Below are positions 10,522 through 20,738 of a stretch of 64,000 nucleotides of DNA, piece by piece. The translations under genes and the position numbers were made by a program. Within the stretch, counting starts at the first letter, position 1. The number at the start of each line of letters is the position of its first letter. Under the pieces are notes generated by a model. That model had not been told where the DNA came from, did no database searches, and saw only the letters and a list, made by a program, of their open reading frames with translations. The stretch covers positions 32,001 through 96,000 of the forward strand of contig JAGMCR010000011.1 in the NCBI GenBank assembly GCA_023129115.1. The letters run 5' to 3'. The stretch comes from Candidatus Iainarchaeum sp. GTDB taxonomy: Archaea > B1Sed10-29 > WALL01.

Positions 10522-13500
10522 TTACTCCGAGGGCTCTTCTGTTGTTTCTTCAGGCGATGACTCTTCCTCGGGTATTGCCCTTTCGGCGCTTTCGGTCACC
10601 CATGACTTAAATGTGTTCAGCGGTGCTATTGGGTCTTTTGATGCCAGTGAGCCCCCCACGGGAACCGTATCCCTCTGGATTGTAACGATACAGAGGTAGT
10701 CGTTGCAACCGTCTGCACACACTGATAGGGTGCCCATCATGGCCCCACCGGAGGATAAGTCTGTCCTGCCTGCCCTGGCTGAGATGACATACCTTTGCGG
10801 CTTGCTGGGTGATGCCGGTTCTGCATATTTCGATGTGCAGACAAGGGCCTGGTAGTTGTCGGGCACTGCAACCTTAAAGATTAGGATGCCGGGGTGCAGG
10901 AATGCCGCAGCCGCCTCGGTCACCACTCCAGTTCCTTCCCAGAGCGATTCGCCTTTGTCGCTGTAGTCGCAGATGAGGTTGGTGTCGTAGTCTTCCATCT
11001 TGGACTGCACTGTTGCGCTGAGTATGCCGCCTGTCAGCCTCGCACCCGCTGCGCCGGCGCGTATGGCCCAGAAGGCGGGCTTGGATGCTTCGAACATTGC
11101 CCGGAGCACTGCACCGCCGGCGAATAGCCGCATCGGCATTTCGAGTGCCACTGTCTCGTAAGACGGCTCTTCAAACGTGCCGGTTGCCGTGTCCATGAAA
11201 GACAGCTGTTCGAACGGGGCGTTGGTGTGGCCGAAGCTGGCTCCTCCTGTCAGGAGGAGAACTCCTCCGGGTCCGGTAAAGCCAGATGCTGGGCCTAAGC
11301 TGCCTCCTGCACCGGCACCTAGACCACCACCAGTGGCTCCGCCACCGAGGCCTCCGCCTAAGCCACCACCGCCGGGTGGGATAATCTCATCCGGGATTAA
11401 GACTTCGTCAGAGTAATCGATTGTAGCGAAATCGTCATCCCACTCCATTGCGTCGCGGCCGAGATCGTCACTGACCTGCTCTGGATTTGTCACGTCGTCT
11501 ATATCGTCTTCCCAGGTGACTCGGTCGTTCTGCCTAGCGTTTCCTCTTTCTCGCCCTGCCTCCTGGTTGACTTCCCGGTTTTCTTCACTTGGCTCGCCCG
11601 GCGCCTGCGGTGGCAAGCTTTTCGCCGCCCTCATAGTGTTTATCAGGACGTCAATTGCTGTCCAGCACACTCCTGCGCTGGCGCAGTCGATGTTCCCGCG
11701 GCTGATTGTCTTGTGGTAGAGCTTTTTCTGGTGCAGGTTCCGGATGTCCTCGTTGCTTGGCTCGCCGTCGGTCATTATGACGAACGAGTAAACGCCGTCT
11801 TCGTCCATGGTGGAGTCAGGCAGGAACGTGCCGTCTGATATCGTGACCGAACCTTCGGCGCCCACATCATAGAATCCAGCGGCCTGTATCTGGTCAGGCG
11901 TTGCATCCATCCTTATGAGCTCGCACGCCTTGACTGCCATGTCGGTAACATCGCCTGTGTCCATGGCCTGCAGCTGCATATCTGCGCGAGTACTCGAGTC
12001 TACCACAATCCGGTTACCGACCTGGTCATAACAGCTCAAGTGGAACGGGTGCTGCATGTTCATGAGAACCACTGGCCACCTGGCGTATTCGTCTTCAGTC
12101 TCCGCGCGGTAGTCGCATGTGGCGCCCATGTATGTGTCAAGGCCGCGGCTTACCTGGCTCAGCCCGCACTTGTAGAGCAGGTAGCTCTCCACGTCACCAA
12201 GAATGTTTACGTGGACCTCACAGTTCACTATGCTTGAGTAGTCGTCCTTGACACTGAACTTCATGGTCGGCGCCATGTCCCTCTTCTCCGGGTCATTCAC
12301 GTCCCAGCCGTCACGGCCCCACGCGTTCATCTCGAAGTCCGTGAGTATCTCTGGAGCTGTTTCGTCCCACGTCCACTCGAACGACTTGCTCGTCGCCATC
12401 TTTTTCTCGCTCATGTCTGTGCACGTGATTTCCACGTCGTTCACCGCGTCCTGCTTGAGCTTGATTGGGCACGTCACGCGCAGGCTGCGGAGCGAGCCCG
12501 CGCTCACTGCCTCGGCCTCGCACGTCTGTGTTGCTGCGGCGGCAGTTGGCCACCTGAATACGTTCTCCTCCTCGACCTTGCCGGTGTAGCTCTCGGTGTG
12601 CGCCACAACACTGTACGCGCACGCCGAGGCGGGGTCAAGCCCGTCCATATCAGTGACAGTGAAGCCAAGCTCAAACACGTCTGACTCAGCAGTTGGGGTC
12701 ATGGTGAACCCGTCTCCCCATTCCTTGGTCCCGGACAGGGCCTGGGGCATGTCGAGGTTGTCGAACCAGAATATGCGGCTCAATGGGTCCTCGTCCTCGT
12801 TCGTGCCCATGATAAAGTCGTCCGGCACGCTGAACTCCGGCTTCTCGCTGCTGTACCTGAAGATGTCAATCGTGCCGAGCGTGGCCTCGTTGCCGACCGC
12901 GTCCCTGCACCACAGCTCCACCTGCGTGACCGCGTCTTCCTCCTCCATGTACGGCGACCAGCACTGGACTTGTGCATTCTGGTAATGCTGGTCTGCCCAC
13001 CTGCCTTCTGGCGGTATGTAGCAGCACCCGTCCATGTAGCCCATTATTCCGTCCTCTGCGTCGGTGCCCATCAGCGCGCCCGGCTTGCCGTCTTTAATCA
13101 CGCTGTTCGCGTTGTCGTCTGTCTGGTCCTTCGTCGGGTCAAAGATTCCGTCGTAGTCATCGTCACAAATCTCGTAGTTCGGCATGTCAAGCACGTCGGC
13201 CCGCAGCTCGCAGTACACGACCTCCGAGAAGCGGTCCCTTATCCAGATGTACTCGCCCTCGGTCGGGGGCACCATGGTTGCCGTGTCGTGGGTGGTCACG
13301 AGCCTCGGCAATGGCCTGATGAGCGTCATCGCGGAGTCGTCCAGCATAATGCTGTCAGTCACCTTGTGCGACGGCACGCCGTTCTCGTCCACGCAGTACG
13401 CGTTCACGTACTTCATGCCGCTCCCGCTCGGGAGCTCCCACGGAATTGCCAGCACATACGTGTCATCGCCCATGTCGATTAGCATGTCGGTCGTCACTTC

Positions 13501-16500
13501 CTCCAGTGGCGCGCCGCTCGCGTCTAGGTTGGACACGATACAGAACGACGGCTCGCCTGTGACCGTGAGCTCGACGTTCACGTCCGTCGTGCCGACAAGC
13601 TCGTGGTTGGCGGTCCCCTCTGGGTCGAAGCCGTAAAGCTTGAACTCGTCCGGAGACTCCTCAATAATTGTTGGGCCCTGCAGGTCAAGCAGTATGTCCG
13701 CGAGCGGGTAGAACGCCGGGTCCATCGCGCTCTGGAACGTTCCGGTGTCCCACTCCCAGCCGCTTGACTCGCCGGTGATGAGGTAATTCAGCAGGGCCTT
13801 TGCGTAAACAGCGCGGTACGCGGGAATCTGGGTGTAGGCGCCGCCCGCGCCGACAATCCTGTTCTCGTCGTACACCATGCCTGCGAGCACGTCCTTCTGC
13901 TCTGTGACGTGGAAGTAGCCGATTATCGGGTGCTCGCTGCTCAGCCTCTTCACAGCGTAGCTCGGGCACTTCCCTGTCTCCTTGCGCTCGCACTCCTGAT
14001 AGTTGAAGAACGACGCCGCCTGCGAGCCGCTCCGCTCCTCAATGTCGTCCGGCTCGTAGCCGAACAGCAGTGCGGCGTCAATGTCGTTGCCCTGCTCCTT
14101 GGACTTCTGGATTGCCTCGAGGAACAGCCGTGCCTCGCCCGCGAACGACATGAAGTAGCCGAAGTCGGGCCGCAGTAGCTTGTCGAAGTTCATGAGCCCG
14201 ATGACGTAGTGCGGGTGGTTCTTCTGGCACCACGTCGCGCCCGTTGTTATCACGTCGAACGAGACGTTCACGTCCTCGTCAAGGTTTATCTTGGTAAAGT
14301 TGACCAGGAGTATGCCGCACGAGGGGGTGTTCGTGAGCACTATGTCGCTCGTCGAGGACTGTAGGGCGGCAGCGGACTTGGCGTATATGTTCGCGACCTT
14401 GTCAATGCCCTCCTTGTTTTCCTTCACTGCCTCGTCCATGATTGCGGCAGAGAACTCGTCGTTGCCGAACGCGTAGTACTTGTAGTCATTGATTGACCCT
14501 GGCCTCTGCAGCAGCGAGTCCGCGGCCTTGGCGATTGCCACGCTGAGCTGCTCCGAGTCGCAGATGAACGCGTACCCGCCGTCCGCGGCGGCGGAGCAGG
14601 AGTCCATCGTAATCCTTTCCGGCGTCAATGTCTCGCGCGACACGAAGTTCGTGACCAGCGGCCGGGTTGGCGCCTCCACTCCCGTAACCTCACACGTCAG
14701 CTCGAGCGTGTAGTGCGCCGGCCTCGGCAGCTTGTCCACCTCGATTTCGAGTATGGTCGGCTCGATGTCGAGGCGGCACTTCGCCGTCCTGGCGGTCGCC
14801 GCAATGATTATTTCGGCCCAGCCCTCTGCGGGAATGGCGATTGCCTTGTTCAGGTCAGCGCCGCTAAGCGTCTCGAGCAGCACGCTCGGGCTGCCGCCCG
14901 TGTGCGTCTTGACCGTCATCACTATGTCCCAGCCCTCGCGCTCGAGGTCGCTCAGCTCGAACGACACCGCTTCCTTCCAGCTGCTGAAAATCTTGATGGT
15001 CGTGGGCTTTGTCTCGCCGAGCTTGAACGTGTTCCGCAGCACCACCGGGTAGTCGGGGTCGAACACGAGGCCGGAGACCTCGGACTCGTACTCAAGCCCC
15101 CCGAACAAGGGGCTGTCCGCGATTACCTTCACGCCGTCTTCCGACTGGAGCGGCTTGTCCGCGGGCACCTCGAACTCGAAGTACGGCTCTGCCTGGAGCA
15201 CGAGAGTCGCCTTGCCGCGGTTCCTGCCTGCGTGGACGTCCGCCTGGTTGTCGATAAGGGTGTCAGCGCCCATCGCCGTCTGGACAGTGCCCTCTCTCCT
15301 GATTATCTTGATTTGCAGCTCGTCAGTCGCCTCGCTTATCGTGGTCTCCACAGCGCCAAGGCTGAACGGCGTGACCTGCATCGAGTAGTCCACCGGGCCA
15401 TAGGCCACCATAGCCCACGGCGCTGTCGGCTGCGCAGTGCCCGACTCCCAAATGTAAACGCTTATTGTGTTCTGGGCAAGCGAGGAGCCGTACCCCGAAA
15501 TCACCATTGTCTCCGGCGCCGCCACCGTGGCCTCGTAGTAATTTGCGCTTGTCTCGTCGAACTTGATTGTCGAGTCAGCCGCCTCGAAGAGCACGCTCGC
15601 GGTCGCGTTGCCCTCGAGCTCGAGCGTGAGCTTGAACTTCTTGTTGTTGGTCGGGAGCGTCATGCCCTCGGGGTACTCGAAGTAGCACGAGCTGCTGTCG
15701 CCGAGGCCGTTGTCGTATCCTGGCACGCAGAAGCTGCTCGCCGCAGTGAGCGTCGCGGTCACGCCGACAATCGGGGTCGACCCGGTCCGGGCCTTGCGCG
15801 TGACCTCGTACGGCATGGAATTGTCGTAGTCGCTGAACACGGTGAGCGTTCCCTTGCCGCGCGCGGTTCCGCGCAGCGCGACAGTGAGCTCGAGCTCGTC
15901 GTCCTTCCCGAGCCTGTACGCCTCCTCGGAATTGCTTATCGTGAAGTCCGCGCCCGAGAGCGGGAACTCCGCGACGTTCACAGTACTGCCGGACGCGCGC
16001 GTTATCTTGCCGGAGTACGACAGCGCCTCGACCTTGTCGGGGATGTTCTTGACGTCAACGCTCCACGCAGTGATTGCTGAGCGTGCCTTGCCGTTCACGT
16101 GCAGGTAGAACTTCGAGCCCTCTGGCACCAGGGGCTCGCTAATCGCGTCCTTGCCGAGCTGCTTCGTGAAGTACGCGGAGTACGAGTAGAAGTTCCCTGT
16201 CTCGAGCTCGTTGTCCACGTCTGCCTCGCCAGTGAGCTTCACGCTGGTCTCGCTCCAGAGGCCCTCGTTGCTCGTGATTTCCTCGCCGCCGGCCTCCCAC
16301 GTCGCGCGGTAGCTGATTTTCACGTCGCCGCTCGCCGCGAGCTCGCGCGCATAGACCGGGATGTCGACAGTGTAAATCGTCGGGCGCGTGTACTTGTCGA
16401 TTGTGACCTTGATGTACTTGGAAGTGCCGTCGTCGCTTGTCTTCGGCTTGGACTGGTACTCGTAGTCGTCCGCCTTGGTAATGGAGCCCACGAACGGCTC

Positions 16501-18612
16501 CTGCGACGCGATGTCGCTCAAGTGAATCGGCTGGATGACCAGTGGCGTCTTGCGGATGTCCTGCACACCGCCCGGCTCGCCGACGAACATTTCGATGCTC
16601 GCCGAGTCATAGGGCTGGTTCGGCCGGTACTCGGGCAGGCTAAGCCGGAGAGTAACCGTTGCTTCCTCGCCCTTCGCGATTTCACGGGGGGCGTCCACCG
16701 AAACTTCTTCTGCGACGCGCGTGAGCCTGATGGTGGTCTTCCTGTTCTGGCTCATCCTCATCGGCGACGTCTTGAGCGGCCCGTACTTGGTGCCGGTCTG
16801 GTCGTCGATGTATTCCGCGACGAGGAAGTAGCGCGTGCCCTGGTCCATCACGAACTCGACCTTTCGCGTCGAGCCGCTTTCCTTGGTCTCGACGGGCTCG
16901 CTGTAGTCCGCGTTCCACAGCGTTACCTCGACGTCCTTCTTGCGCACCGGCGTCCCGATTATCTGGACTTCGGTCAATACCGTGAGCGTCAGTTGGTTCG
17001 GCTTCACGCTCAGCGTCTGCACAGTCGTGTTCTGCGCAGTGACCGCAAACGCGGGGAACGACTGCGCGGTGATTGCCCCCGGCGGAGTCGCCGAGAGGTG
17101 GTAAGCGCCTTCCTTGATTCTGCTGAACACGCACCTGCCGTCGACCGGAGAAATGCACGTCATCCAGAGCGTGTTGTTTCCCTCGGAGTACAGCTGCACG
17201 CGCACCCCCGAGAACTCTTCCTGCAGCCCGGTCGAGCTGACCACGTCCACCACAACCATGCCTGTCTTGGTCTCGTCGATGGGCGCCATGAACACGCTGT
17301 GGTCCACGCCGCCCGCGATGTCCGCATACGTCGCGGAGTAGTGGGGATGGCTCACGTCAACGCGGTACTGCATTCCCTTGAGCAGGGTGATTGCGTAGAT
17401 GCCGTCGCTGCCAGTGGTGCCCTGGGAAATCACCCGCGACTCGGACGACACAGTTACCGTGGCGCCGGCGATGGCCGTTTGCCGCGCCTCTTCCTTGACG
17501 TAAATCAGTGTCTCGTAGCCAGTGGCAAGGTTAAGTATAATCGCATTTTGCGACTGGGTGAGCGTTGCTTGGTAGGCGGACGCACTGGTGTACGGCTGGT
17601 ACGCGCCGTTGGGGTCGTCCAGCTGCAGGTGGAACTCCTGCTGGTCCGGGAACACAAGCCTCGCGGTGCCGGTGGCGTCTGTCGCGCCCTCGAGCTCGAC
17701 GCCGTCGAGCAGGACGAACAGGTCCATGCCGAGCGCGTCAACTGCCTTCACAGAGATGCCCTCGAGCGGCGTCCCGGCGGTGTTCTGGACTTTTACGTAG
17801 ATGTCGCGCGTTATCTCGACCGGGGGCAGCTCATCGGGCGTTTCGGGCTGGACGTCTTCCTTGACTGCAAGTGTCAAATAGCCGAACAATTCAAGCTCGG
17901 TGTACATGCCTGCGACCGTGCCGTCCCACTTGTGGTACTGGCAGTCGATTAGCACGCGGTGGTCGTCGTCCGGGCAGGTGCCGCCCTCGGAGATGTCGAG
18001 CAGGCCGTCCGAACCCACTTCGAACGGGTGGTCGAGTGCCTCGCCGAGCACGTTGTAGACGCGCATTGTGCAGGCGGACGGCAAGTTGTTCTGCTCGTCG
18101 GCGAGCTGGCTGACGAGCTTTTCCTCGCTGAGCAAAGAGCAGCCCGCGAACTCGGGCGAGACGCATTCCATTTCTATTTCAAGGGAGTCCATCTCTTCGG
18201 TGTCGATGAGCTCTATCGCGCTGCCGCATAACTCGCTCTCGACGACTGCCTGGTAGCGCTGGGACGGGTCCAGGTCAAAGTATACCTCTCCCTTGGAGTT
18301 GGTGGTGGCCTCGTACAGGGCTTCCGCATCGACTTCGAGCGTGACGAGCGCTCCCTTGACCGGGTTGCCGTCAGTGTCGACGACAGTGATTGTGAACTCG
18401 CCCGGAGCCATCCCGGGCACGCCAGCGGTCATCGTGTACGCGATGAGCGCGATAACGACAATCAGCACTCCGCCCACAAGCGGGAGGGACGGTATGCCGG
18501 CGTTCTCAATCGGGTCGATTAGTTTGTATACGGGAAGTCCCTTCTCGTCAAGCGAGTCGAGAAGGCCGTACCATTTTTCCTCTAGTTGGGAATAGATAGC
18601 ACCGAAATCCAT
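10522..18612 (-). CDS. Giant surface protein paralog 1, about 2696 aa, with a Gly-rich/hydrophobic C-terminal region
   Basis: ORF track 10522-18627. Start moved to MDFGAIY (ATG 18612) by alignment with paralog 2 and a GAGGG RBS. Same N-terminal motif, CDSEQLS motif and Ig repeats. Confidence 0.9.
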   Translation of the reverse strand: MDFGAIYSQLEEKWYGLLDSLDEKGLPVYKLIDPIENAGIPSLPLVGGVLIVVIALIAYTMTAGVPGMAPGEFTITVVDTDGNPVKGALVTLEVDAEALYEATTNSKGEVYFDLDPSQRYQAVVESELCGSAIELIDTEEMDSLEIEMECVSPEFAGCSLLSEEKLVSQLADEQNNLPSACTMRVYNVLGEALDHPFEVGSDGLLDISEGGTCPDDDHRVLIDCQYHKWDGTVAGMYTELELFGYLTLAVKEDVQPETPDELPPVEITRDIYVKVQNTAGTPLEGISVKAVDALGMDLFVLLDGVELEGATDATGTARLVFPDQQEFHLQLDDPNGAYQPYTSASAYQATLTQSQNAIILNLATGYETLIYVKEEARQTAIAGATVTVSSESRVISQGTTGSDGIYAITLLKGMQYRVDVSHPHYSATYADIAGGVDHSVFMAPIDETKTGMVVVDVVSSTGLQEEFSGVRVQLYSEGNNTLWMTCISPVDGRCVFSRIKEGAYHLSATPPGAITAQSFPAFAVTAQNTTVQTLSVKPNQLTLTVLTEVQIIGTPVRKKDVEVTLWNADYSEPVETKESGSTRKVEFVMDQGTRYFLVAEYIDDQTGTKYGPLKTSPMRMSQNRKTTIRLTRVAEEVSVDAPREIAKGEEATVTLRLSLPEYRPNQPYDSASIEMFVGEPGGVQDIRKTPLVIQPIHLSDIASQEPFVGSITKADDYEYQSKPKTSDDGTSKYIKVTIDKYTRPTIYTVDIPVYARELAASGDVKISYRATWEAGGEEITSNEGLWSETSVKLTGEADVDNELETGNFYSYSAYFTKQLGKDAISEPLVPEGSKFYLHVNGKARSAITAWSVDVKNIPDKVEALSYSGKITRASGSTVNVAEFPLSGADFTISNSEEAYRLGKDDELELTVALRGTARGKGTLTVFSDYDNSMPYEVTRKARTGSTPIVGVTATLTAASSFCVPGYDNGLGDSSSCYFEYPEGMTLPTNNKKFKLTLELEGNATASVLFEAADSTIKFDETSANYYEATVAAPETMVISGYGSSLAQNTISVYIWESGTAQPTAPWAMVAYGPVDYSMQVTPFSLGAVETTISEATDELQIKIIRREGTVQTAMGADTLIDNQADVHAGRNRGKATLVLQAEPYFEFEVPADKPLQSEDGVKVIADSPLFGGLEYESEVSGLVFDPDYPVVLRNTFKLGETKPTTIKIFSSWKEAVSFELSDLEREGWDIVMTVKTHTGGSPSVLLETLSGADLNKAIAIPAEGWAEIIIAATARTAKCRLDIEPTILEIEVDKLPRPAHYTLELTCEVTGVEAPTRPLVTNFVSRETLTPERITMDSCSAAADGGYAFICDSEQLSVAIAKAADSLLQRPGSINDYKYYAFGNDEFSAAIMDEAVKENKEGIDKVANIYAKSAAALQSSTSDIVLTNTPSCGILLVNFTKINLDEDVNVSFDVITTGATWCQKNHPHYVIGLMNFDKLLRPDFGYFMSFAGEARLFLEAIQKSKEQGNDIDAALLFGYEPDDIEERSGSQAASFFNYQECERKETGKCPSYAVKRLSSEHPIIGYFHVTEQKDVLAGMVYDENRIVGAGGAYTQIPAYRAVYAKALLNYLITGESSGWEWDTGTFQSAMDPAFYPLADILLDLQGPTIIEESPDEFKLYGFDPEGTANHELVGTTDVNVELTVTGEPSFCIVSNLDASGAPLEEVTTDMLIDMGDDTYVLAIPWELPSGSGMKYVNAYCVDENGVPSHKVTDSIMLDDSAMTLIRPLPRLVTTHDTATMVPPTEGEYIWIRDRFSEVVYCELRADVLDMPNYEICDDDYDGIFDPTKDQTDDNANSVIKDGKPGALMGTDAEDGIMGYMDGCCYIPPEGRWADQHYQNAQVQCWSPYMEEEDAVTQVELWCRDAVGNEATLGTIDIFRYSSEKPEFSVPDDFIMGTNEDEDPLSRIFWFDNLDMPQALSGTKEWGDGFTMTPTAESDVFELGFTVTDMDGLDPASACAYSVVAHTESYTGKVEEENVFRWPTAAAATQTCEAEAVSAGSLRSLRVTCPIKLKQDAVNDVEITCTDMSEKKMATSKSFEWTWDETAPEILTDFEMNAWGRDGWDVNDPEKRDMAPTMKFSVKDDYSSIVNCEVHVNILGDVESYLLYKCGLSQVSRGLDTYMGATCDYRAETEDEYARWPVVLMNMQHPFHLSCYDQVGNRIVVDSSTRADMQLQAMDTGDVTDMAVKACELIRMDATPDQIQAAGFYDVGAEGSVTISDGTFLPDSTMDEDGVYSFVIMTDGEPSNEDIRNLHQKKLYHKTISRGNIDCASAGVCWTAIDVLINTMRAAKSLPPQAPGEPSEENREVNQEAGRERGNARQNDRVTWEDDIDDVTNPEQVSDDLGRDAMEWDDDFATIDYSDEVLIPDEIIPPGGGGLGGGLGGGATGGGLGAGAGGSLGPASGFTGPGGVLLLTGGASFGHTNAPFEQLSFMDTATGTFEEPSYETVALEMPMRLFAGGAVLRAMFEASKPAFWAIRAGAAGARLTGGILSATVQSKMEDYDTNLICDYSDKGESLWEGTGVVTEAAAAFLHPGILIFKVAVPDNYQALVCTSKYAEPASPSKPQRYVISARAGRTDLSSGGAMMGTLSVCADGCNDYLCIVTIQRDTVPVGGSLASKDPIAPLNTFKSWVTESAERAIPEEESSPEETTEEPSE

Positions 18613-18641
18613 TGGTATCCCTCGCATAAGTTATCTACTTT

Positions 18642-18653
18642 GAGTATATATAA
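18642..18653 (-). promoter_or_regulatory. Extended TATA box TTATATATACTC for paralog 1
   Basis: Read directly, about 30 nt upstream of ATG 18612. Confidence 0.7.
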
Positions 18654-18656
18654 GTT

Positions 18657-20738
18657 TCATGCCTCTTCGGCCGTTACCCAGCCACATTCCCGCGTCACGG
18701 CGTCGTCCACCGTATTATAGGAATAAGTGCATTTCCTCACGTTGTTGACGTCCCGCTCCCACGACCGCTTGATTGCGTCCCCTGACACGGTGTCGTCGTA
18801 GCGCGGGTATTCCTTCCAAAGCGTGTAATTGTGCCCCCCGCCCCCTATCTCCCCGTAGTCGTCCTTGACGCGCGTGTACTTCGCGGCGAACACAGGCCTC
18901 TCAGGCTCTTGCTTGCCGGGGGTGCTGCGGTAGAGGCGGTAAATCTCTTCCACGCGGTAGAGCGTCTTCGAGTCGCACGTCCACTCAATTGGCTCTGAAA
19001 TGAACCACGGGCAGTCACTCTCCTCGTCGCCGCAGACAGTGGTGCAGTCGCCTGGGGTGCACCGCGTGTCGCCGGGCGACTCCTTGGTATAAATATTCCT
19101 CGCCGCCTCGCACGCGTTCTCCGCGTTGACGGCCGCTATGTCGTCTGCCGAGAGCGGCGGCCTGACCTGGTAGAGCGTGACGAACTCTCCGCAGTGCCAG
19201 TTGTCCCTGCCCTGGAACCCGTTGCCCTCGAGGTAGTACTGCTTCGAGTCGATGACAAGCTCGTAGTTCAGGTGCTCCTTGGCCACGCCCAGCCCAACCG
19301 CGACCTCGCTCTTGATGCTGTCGCGCATTTCCTTGACCTTGGCGGCCATTCCCCAGTCCTCGCCCGTCATGAAGCGCTTGTCGTACGCTTCAGTCGTGTC
19401 GACCAGCGTTGTCCCGGCAGTGTGGTGCTCTTTCAGGGCAAAGGTGTCGTCGTTCCCAAGGCACGTGTCCACGCCGTCGGCGTCGTTCTGCCCGCCAGTG
19501 TGCGCTATGCTCCCGCCGGGATAAACAGTAAGCTTCTGGCCCTCGCTGTCCCCGAGTGGCATTCCATTGAGCTTGAGCTTTGGCAGTCCCGCGCCAGTCG
19601 TGAACGAGGCATAGCCGGAGACGAATTCCGTGAGCGGCTTCCAGTCCGGCTTGCCAGTAAAATACTTGTCGAACCGGAGGTTCTGTGTTGTGGGGAACGG
19701 CTGGACAACCGGCCTGGCCTTTTTGCCTATGGCCCACGCCATGTAGTCCGAGAGCGTCCCGCCTGCCTCGAAGTAGTCTTCTGCCACGGCGTTGTCCACC
19801 TCGAACCCTGGCGCCCACCCGCTCCCCGCCGTGTTCTGCCCGACAGAGCCATAGTACCTTTCATGGATTGCGTAGTTGTAGTGGTACCACTCGCTGCCGT
19901 TGGTGCCCTCGTAGTCAGGGTCGTGGCTGTCGCCGCCGCCGGCGTTGTGCCACGACTCGTTCAATAGCTGGAAATTGTTGAACAAGTCAGACGTCAGTAC
20001 CGCGTACTTCATGAACGGCTCGTGCGTCGTGTACACCCTTTCTTCGGCGGGCATGAAGACCTCGAGCCGCTTGCCCTCGCTCGCGATTTCTGCGATTGGC
20101 TCTTCTGCGAGGGGGGTGAAGTCAATCGTGACCTCGATTCTGCCGTCCTTGCAGTCGTCCCACATGCAGTCCTTGAACTTGATGTCCTTGACTATGCCGC
20201 CGAACTCGACTGGCTTCGCAGTCACGTTCACGAGCGAGTACTTGCTGACAATTCCCTGAATCGTGTGCTGGATGCTGGACTCGAGAAGTGCCTTGGCAGT
20301 CAGCTCGTTGGCCGCGGTGAGGTTTACCTGGTGGAACGTGTTCGCCCAGCACGTCTGCTCGCCACTGGTGCAGTACTCCACGCCCGACGCAGTGACGCCG
20401 CACACGCAGTCGCCTTCGCCGCACTCGGGGTCGGGGAAGTTGAGGTCAGCGGCAAGCTCGCCGCTAGGGCAGTCGTTCACCACAATCGACATCACTGGCT
20501 CGCCACGGATTGAGTAGTCCTCGAGCCGCGACGTGATTGACGAGCGCACTTCCTCAATCACGCGGCTCTGCGCCTCGCCCGCGATGTTCACGAGCTCGCT
20601 CGAGCGGTACGCCTTCACGCTGCCCTGCACGGCAATCCTCTCGCTCGTGATTATGGACGTGACTATGAGCATAGTAATCAAAATAACAAGAGTCCCGACC
20701 ATGGGCGTGAAGACAGCGAAGCCCCGCTTCTTCTTCAT
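18657..20738 (-). CDS. Large Cys-rich pilin-like/adhesin protein with class III signal peptide, 693 aa
   Basis: MKKKRG/FAVFTPMVGTLVILITMLIV: basic residues, Gly at -1, then a hydrophobic helix. Confidence 0.75.
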   Translation of the reverse strand: MKKKRGFAVFTPMVGTLVILITMLIVTSIITSERIAVQGSVKAYRSSELVNIAGEAQSRVIEEVRSSITSRLEDYSIRGEPVMSIVVNDCPSGELAADLNFPDPECGEGDCVCGVTASGVEYCTSGEQTCWANTFHQVNLTAANELTAKALLESSIQHTIQGIVSKYSLVNVTAKPVEFGGIVKDIKFKDCMWDDCKDGRIEVTIDFTPLAEEPIAEIASEGKRLEVFMPAEERVYTTHEPFMKYAVLTSDLFNNFQLLNESWHNAGGGDSHDPDYEGTNGSEWYHYNYAIHERYYGSVGQNTAGSGWAPGFEVDNAVAEDYFEAGGTLSDYMAWAIGKKARPVVQPFPTTQNLRFDKYFTGKPDWKPLTEFVSGYASFTTGAGLPKLKLNGMPLGDSEGQKLTVYPGGSIAHTGGQNDADGVDTCLGNDDTFALKEHHTAGTTLVDTTEAYDKRFMTGEDWGMAAKVKEMRDSIKSEVAVGLGVAKEHLNYELVIDSKQYYLEGNGFQGRDNWHCGEFVTLYQVRPPLSADDIAAVNAENACEAARNIYTKESPGDTRCTPGDCTTVCGDEESDCPWFISEPIEWTCDSKTLYRVEEIYRLYRSTPGKQEPERPVFAAKYTRVKDDYGEIGGGGHNYTLWKEYPRYDDTVSGDAIKRSWERDVNNVRKCTYSYNTVDDAVTRECGWVTAEEA

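Noticed and set aside
74-18595. Numerous long plus-strand ORFs (for example 16099-17952, 14713-16080, 5811-7163)
   Set aside because: Antisense shadows of GC3-rich giant genes, with Arg/Val- or Ser-rich composition and no recognisable motifs. The same applies to 56961-59264 and 53883-55085.
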